From positions 25,499,611 to 25,536,614 of the forward strand of contig NC_057720.1 in assembly GCF_004010195.1 (NCBI RefSeq): a stretch of 37,004 nt of DNA. The letters run 5' to 3'. Below the pieces are notes generated by a model. The model was not told the origin of the DNA. It was given only the letters and a program-made list of their open reading frames with translations, and did not search any database. The first letter of the stretch is position 1; every line of letters starts with the position of its first letter. A program made the position numbers and the translations under genes. Shown here in pieces: positions 32,471 to 37,004 of the stretch. The DNA is from Chiloscyllium plagiosum. Its lineage: Eukaryota.

Positions 32471-33701
32471 AATGATTTTATAAACATTTACAACAAGCAA
32501 TTCTATTACATTCAAGACTTTTGCAGGGCAAATGAATAAATATTTTCAGGGGAAGATCATGTGTTAAGGGCATGGTGCACCCTAGCTTGTATTGATGCTC
32601 AGTAATTCAAATACCTTGGCACAATGTGAGGGGAGGAGGGGGGCCTCTAGATTATGGAGTCATGGAGATCTACAGCACAGAAAAAGGCCCTTTGGTTCAT
32701 TATATCCACAGCAATTAAAACAACCACTTAACTCCTCTAATTTGAATATGGTGAACATATTTACATAATCTTGATCTTTATGTAGCTCTGCTGACCGAGT
32801 AAGCTTCTTCTGGCACAGCCTGACTGACCAAAACATCTGGGTAGTCAAAAAGTATTCTCTCTTAGCAAATAATTTATAATTTAACTTTCTTTAGCTGAAC
32901 ACAAATGACAGGGTCGGTGATGTCAGCCCCTCTCACACATTTGTAGACATTTAAATCCTTCCCCTTCTGTTATTTGCCACCTCTGAATTGATAAACTCCC
33001 CAACTGAAGGCAGCTTTCATTGGAATTTGCCAAAAATCTAATGATGAGGCTGACCTTTAAAGTAAGCACTCTTCAAGTATGCACTATTATTGAGCTAAAT
33101 GCAAATCGCCTTGACCTTTTGCAATGCAATAGTGGCATTATAATAGCTTAACTCCTGCGATCTGGGCAGAGTCAACTATGCGACTCACAACCAAGTCTTA
33201 CAACAGATCTCTAAATATCTCACTTCTTGGTAGATATCCGATTGAGTGCCTAATCTGTGTTTAATGTTACTTGTTATGGGTGGAAACACCTGTCAGCCAG
33301 AACATTTAATGCCATTTAGAATGCACAGCAGGATAGTTATTTAGACATTAAACTACTTTTGTATAATCACCATAAATTTGAATTTGGAGTAGTTAATTAA
33401 TCATAGACATAACACATTAGCAGATCAGTGATAAATCACTGATTAAACTTTATTAGATGGTGATGATGATGAAGGATTATCTTCCTGAAACATTTAATCA
33501 AAATGATGAGGGTCTCGCCCACTATGTCTCCAGAAGGCAGTGGCCCTCTGTCATACCTTTTGGAAAATGTCTGTGGGAATGACCTTCCAAGTAGGCACTT
33601 GAGTGACCAATGGAGGCTCTTCTTTGGTATCAAGAACTCTGCGGTTGAAAATCCTGTCCCCACCCCAAGAACTGCTGACTAGTTAGCTATTTCAAGCAGC
33701 A

Positions 33702-33794
33702 GCTGAAAATGTGTTGCTGGAAAAGCGCAGCAGATCAGGCAGCATCCAAGGAACAGGAGAATCGACGTTTCAGGCATAAGCCCTTCTTCAGGAA
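33702..33794 (-). mobile_element. About 92-bp hammerhead-only PLE-derived insertion with 14-bp TSD (second copy)
   Basis: 3 substitutions versus the copy at 23836-23928. TATTTCAAGCAGCA (33688-33701) / TATTTCAGGCAGCA (33795-33808). Confidence 0.9.
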
Positions 33795-34275
33795 TATTTC
33801 AGGCAGCACTAGTGGCAGCTACTACAAATTCACCCAGGAGAGGGGCAGGATGGTCTAGTGACCCAGGCGATACTTGATTAAAGATGGGATGGGTAGGTAT
33901 CAGAAGCAAGGTGAATAGGTGGCTTTCAGTGAGATTCCACCTTGCCCATACTGGGTTCCTCAGTCAGACTGTGGCCATCTTTGAATGAGAGAACCCGCAC
34001 TGTGAGAGCTTGCAGGGTGACCAATGTCCTGCCTGTCATTAGTTGAATGCCAGTGGTGGTATTATTGCATGTTTAAGTGATATAATGGATGAGTGCCCCG
34101 GTGAGAAAGTAGTAGGCTCTTTACTTACTACCTTCCCTCCTGATTAATTGGCCCCTGCTTCCAATTTCTTTAAGAAATAATCTTGGGTTCTTGAACAAGC
34201 AAAATACATCTAGATGTCTACAATTTCTAGTAGAAATCAATGTTCACTGAGTATTGATCTGAGTTGAAGAAAATG

Positions 34276-34482
34276 GAAAGAATTTACATTTAGATAACAC
34301 TTTTCAAAATCTCAAGATGTTCGAAAATGCTCTACAGTTGATTGAGGATTTCTGAAATGTAATCACTATGGCAATGCAGAAAACAAAGCAGACAATTTGC
34401 ATGCAGAAAAGTCCACCGATGTGATAGGTGGCTAGAAACATCTCCATTTGAGTGACTGGGGGATAAATATTGAATAGGGTTC
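34276..34482 (-). mobile_element. DeuSINE (SacSINE1/AmnSINE1-like) 3' fragment
   Basis: Minus strand CAATATTTATCCC..TGCATGCAAATTG.CTGC..TTTTCTGCATTGC..AGTGATTACATTTCA..TGTAGAGCATTTT..CTTGAGA..TGAAAAGTGTTATCTAAATGTAAATTCTTT resembles the Deu domain and tail. Confidence 0.7.
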
Positions 34483-35207
34483 CCTAGTTGGTTGGTTCTT
34501 ACTGATCTGAAGGCTTCTCTTCAACCTTCTTTTTCCTGAATGTTTTTTCACTGGTTTGCAAGAGGCATGAGGTTTCTGGTTCATATATGAAAGGCTTCTC
34601 ACTTATCCAATTCAAAATTACAATTTCTCTTAACCACTGAAGAAAGCTAAGATGGGTTTTCATCTGGTTTAAAGTGTCTTATTGCAGAAAACTGACAGAG
34701 AAAGTTTTTATCTGCTGTAGATCTGTTGGTTTCTCTTTTGCTCTGACAAAGCTGTTCTCTATCTTGTTTACAGTCAAGTTGTTCAGCTACTTGACAACCA
34801 ATCACACAATTGTTGGCAGGCAGAGAAACTTTGTCATCAGTAACTGGTTTGTAGACTAGGGGCCAATCAGTTTCACTTGTAAGCAATCCTTGGCTCTTGT
34901 ATGTGTGCAAATTGTTGGAATCCACAGCTACACAAGCAATGTTCACAAAAGTTATAAAACTTCTTATTTTCAAAACTATTTCCTCTCTAAAGTTACAAGT
35001 AAATAAGTTTCCACCAACCTTTTGCTGCACAAAAAAAAACATTATCCCTCTCTCTCTTTTTTTGTCAATAATCTTAAATTTGTGCCTTCTGGTTGCTAAG
35101 CCACTTACTCCTTATTTCCAAATCAAAATCCTTTATGATTTTGAATACATCAATAAAATCTTTATTTGTTTTTGCCTGCTTTAAGGAGAGCAAATCCACT
35201 ATCCAGA

Positions 35208-35394
35208 TGCTCCGGTTTCCTCCCACAGTCCAAAGATGTGCTGGTCAGGTAAATTGGCCATGCTTAGTTCCCCATTGTGCTAGGTGCATTAGTCAGAGGG
35301 AAATGGGTCTGGGTGGGATACTCTTCGGAGGGTCAGTGTGGACTGGTTGGGCCAAAGGGCCTGTTTCCACACTGTAGGGAATCTAATCTAATCT
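35208..35394 (+). mobile_element. HE1-type SINE, 5'-truncated
   Basis: TGCTCCGGTTTCCTCCCACAGTCCAAAGATGTGC..CCACACTGTAGGGAATCTAATCTAATCT. Confidence 0.88.
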
Positions 35395-35774
35395 CTACTC
35401 CTTGCAATATTTGCTTTTCAGCATGTCAAGCACAGAAACAATGTTACAGAGCCCTAACAAATGTGCACAGCTTAGATATACTAGAATGACAGCAGAAGGA
35501 ATATGTTATAACTATAAAAAGGGACTTCAAATACTACAGTTGTATTCAATGGATCAGAAGATAAAACAGGTTCTCTGACATGTTTAGTGTTAGAAAAGGA
35601 TGTGAGGAAATGCATTGTGAAATATTACTTCCACTGGTTGATGTATTATCAAAATACAACATTCAATTAGGATAAACAGGAAGTAAGTAGATTTAAGAAC
35701 AAAACAAAATTCACACTGTGTCACCAGAATAGAAGTCGAAAATAATATTATAAATAGCTACTGAGATGAAGCCA

Positions 35775-35871
35775 GGGAGAGATCGAACCCAGCACAGGAG
35801 AGAGATTGAGCCCAGCATATGGGAGAGATTGAGCCCAGTACAGGGGAGAGATCGAGCCAAGCACAGGGGAG
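35775..35871 (+). repeat. 23-bp minisatellite, 4 copies
   Basis: GGGAGAGAT(C/T)GAGCCCAGCACAG units starting at 35775, 35798, 35821 and 35844. Confidence 0.92.
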
Positions 35872-36765
35872 ATGTTTGAGGTAGGGGTGACCACCGATGC
35901 TCCTGCTGACTTCACCTGCAGGAAGTGCAGCCAACTCCAGCTCCTCACAGACCGCGTTAGGGAACTGGGGCTGGAGTTGGATGAACTGAGGATTATTCGA
36001 GAGGCTGAGAGGGTGATAGATAGAAGCTACAGGGACATAGTTACGCCAGAGAACAGAGGTAGCTGGGTAACAGTTAGAGGTGGGAAGGGGAGGAAGCAGG
36101 CAGTACAGGGATCCCCTGTGGTCATTCCCCTCAACAATAAGTATACCGCTTTGGATACTGTTGGGGAGGACGGCCTAGCAGGGGTAAGCTGCAGTGACCG
36201 GGTCTCTAACATGAGGTCCGGCTCTGAGGCCCAGAAGGGAAAGGGGGAGAGGTGGAGAGCGCTATTTATAGGAGACTCTATAGTTAGAGGGACAGACAGG
36301 TGGTTCTGTGGACATGGGCGAGACTCTTGGATGGTTTGTTGCCTCCTGGATGCCAGGGTCCGAGACATCTCGGACTGTGTCTTCAGAATCCTTAAGGGGG
36401 AGGGTGTGCAGCCAGATGTCGTGGTGCACATTTGCACCAACGACATAGATAGGAAGAGGGGTGGGGAGGTCATTCAGGAGCTCAAGGAGTTAGGCTGGAA
36501 GCTAAAAGCTAAGACGGACAGAGTCGTCATCTCTGGGTTGTTGCCGGTGGCACGTGACAGTGAGGCAAGGAATAGGGAGAGAGTACAGTTGAACACGTGG
36601 CTGCATGGATGGTGTAGGAGGGAGGGCTTCAAGTATTTGGACAATTGGACTGCATTCTGGGGAAGGTGGGACCTGTACAAGCAGGATGGATTGCACCTGA
36701 ACCAGAAGGGCACCAATATCCTGGGAGGTAGGTTTGTTAGCACTCTTCGGGAGAGTTTAAACTAA
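35872..36765 (+). CDS. CR1 LINE ORF1 protein (zinc-finger remnant, coiled coil, SGNH/GDSL esterase); probably N-terminally truncated
   Basis: 297-aa open frame with CRKC, LTDRVRELGLELDELR coiled coil, IGDSIVRG (block I), HICTND (block III) and DGLHLN (block V). Confidence 0.92.
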   Translation: MFEVGVTTDAPADFTCRKCSQLQLLTDRVRELGLELDELRIIREAERVIDRSYRDIVTPENRGSWVTVRGGKGRKQAVQGSPVVIPLNNKYTALDTVGEDGLAGVSCSDRVSNMRSGSEAQKGKGERWRALFIGDSIVRGTDRWFCGHGRDSWMVCCLLDARVRDISDCVFRILKGEGVQPDVVVHICTNDIDRKRGGEVIQELKELGWKLKAKTDRVVISGLLPVARDSEARNRERVQLNTWLHGWCRREGFKYLDNWTAFWGRWDLYKQDGLHLNQKGTNILGGRFVSTLRESLN

Positions 36766-37004
36766 TTTGGCAGGGGGATGGGATCCGGACTTGTAGTCCA
36801 GCAAGTAGGTTAGCTGTTTTTCAGGATGTCCAAGAATGTAGGGAGGCTGTGGAGAAGGTAGCACTGACAGGGAGTACTTGCAGACACAGAGATGGGCTCA
36901 AGTGTGTATACTTCAACGCAAGGAGTATCAGAAATAAGGTGGATGAACTTAAGGCGTGGATCGGTACTTGGGACTACGATGTTGTGGCCATCACAGAAAC
37001 GTGG
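36756..37004 (+). CDS. CR1 LINE ORF2 start (APE-type endonuclease); runs off the window, no in-frame ATG visible
   Basis: The -1 frame relative to ORF1 is open from 36741 to the end. From 36891 it reads DGLKCVYFNARSIRNKVDELKAWIGTWDYDVVAITETW (N-AR-S and I-T-E-T-W endonuclease motifs). Confidence 0.9.

Overview
Eukaryotic, repeat-rich non-coding DNA, almost certainly from a shark or other elasmobranch (HE1-type V-SINEs, HER1/CR1 LINEs, a DeuSINE fragment). I recognise no host protein-coding exon; the ORF-track entries I can recognise are transposon fragments, and the rest look like noise. Main content: (i) a decayed full-span Gmr1-type Ty3/gypsy LTR retrotransposon (13482-19018; PR-IN-RT-RH order, tRNA-Pro PBS) missing its integrase catalytic core; (ii) the 5' part of a well-preserved CR1 LINE (35872-end) whose ORF1 ends on an in-frame U_UUA_AAC slippery heptamer leading into an ATG-less -1-frame ORF2; (iii) Penelope-like element pieces plus several very short hammerhead-ribozyme-bearing insertions with 12-17 bp target-site duplications, two of them with matching ends (about 92 bp); (iv) many SINE/LINE fragments, two TA-flanked MITEs, long inverted repeats, a probable Harbinger fossil, two minisatellites and two repeat-free blocks rich in homeodomain motifs. 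Family names come from recalled consensus features, not database searches. Fragment boundaries are approximate unless a TSD or TIR fixes them.
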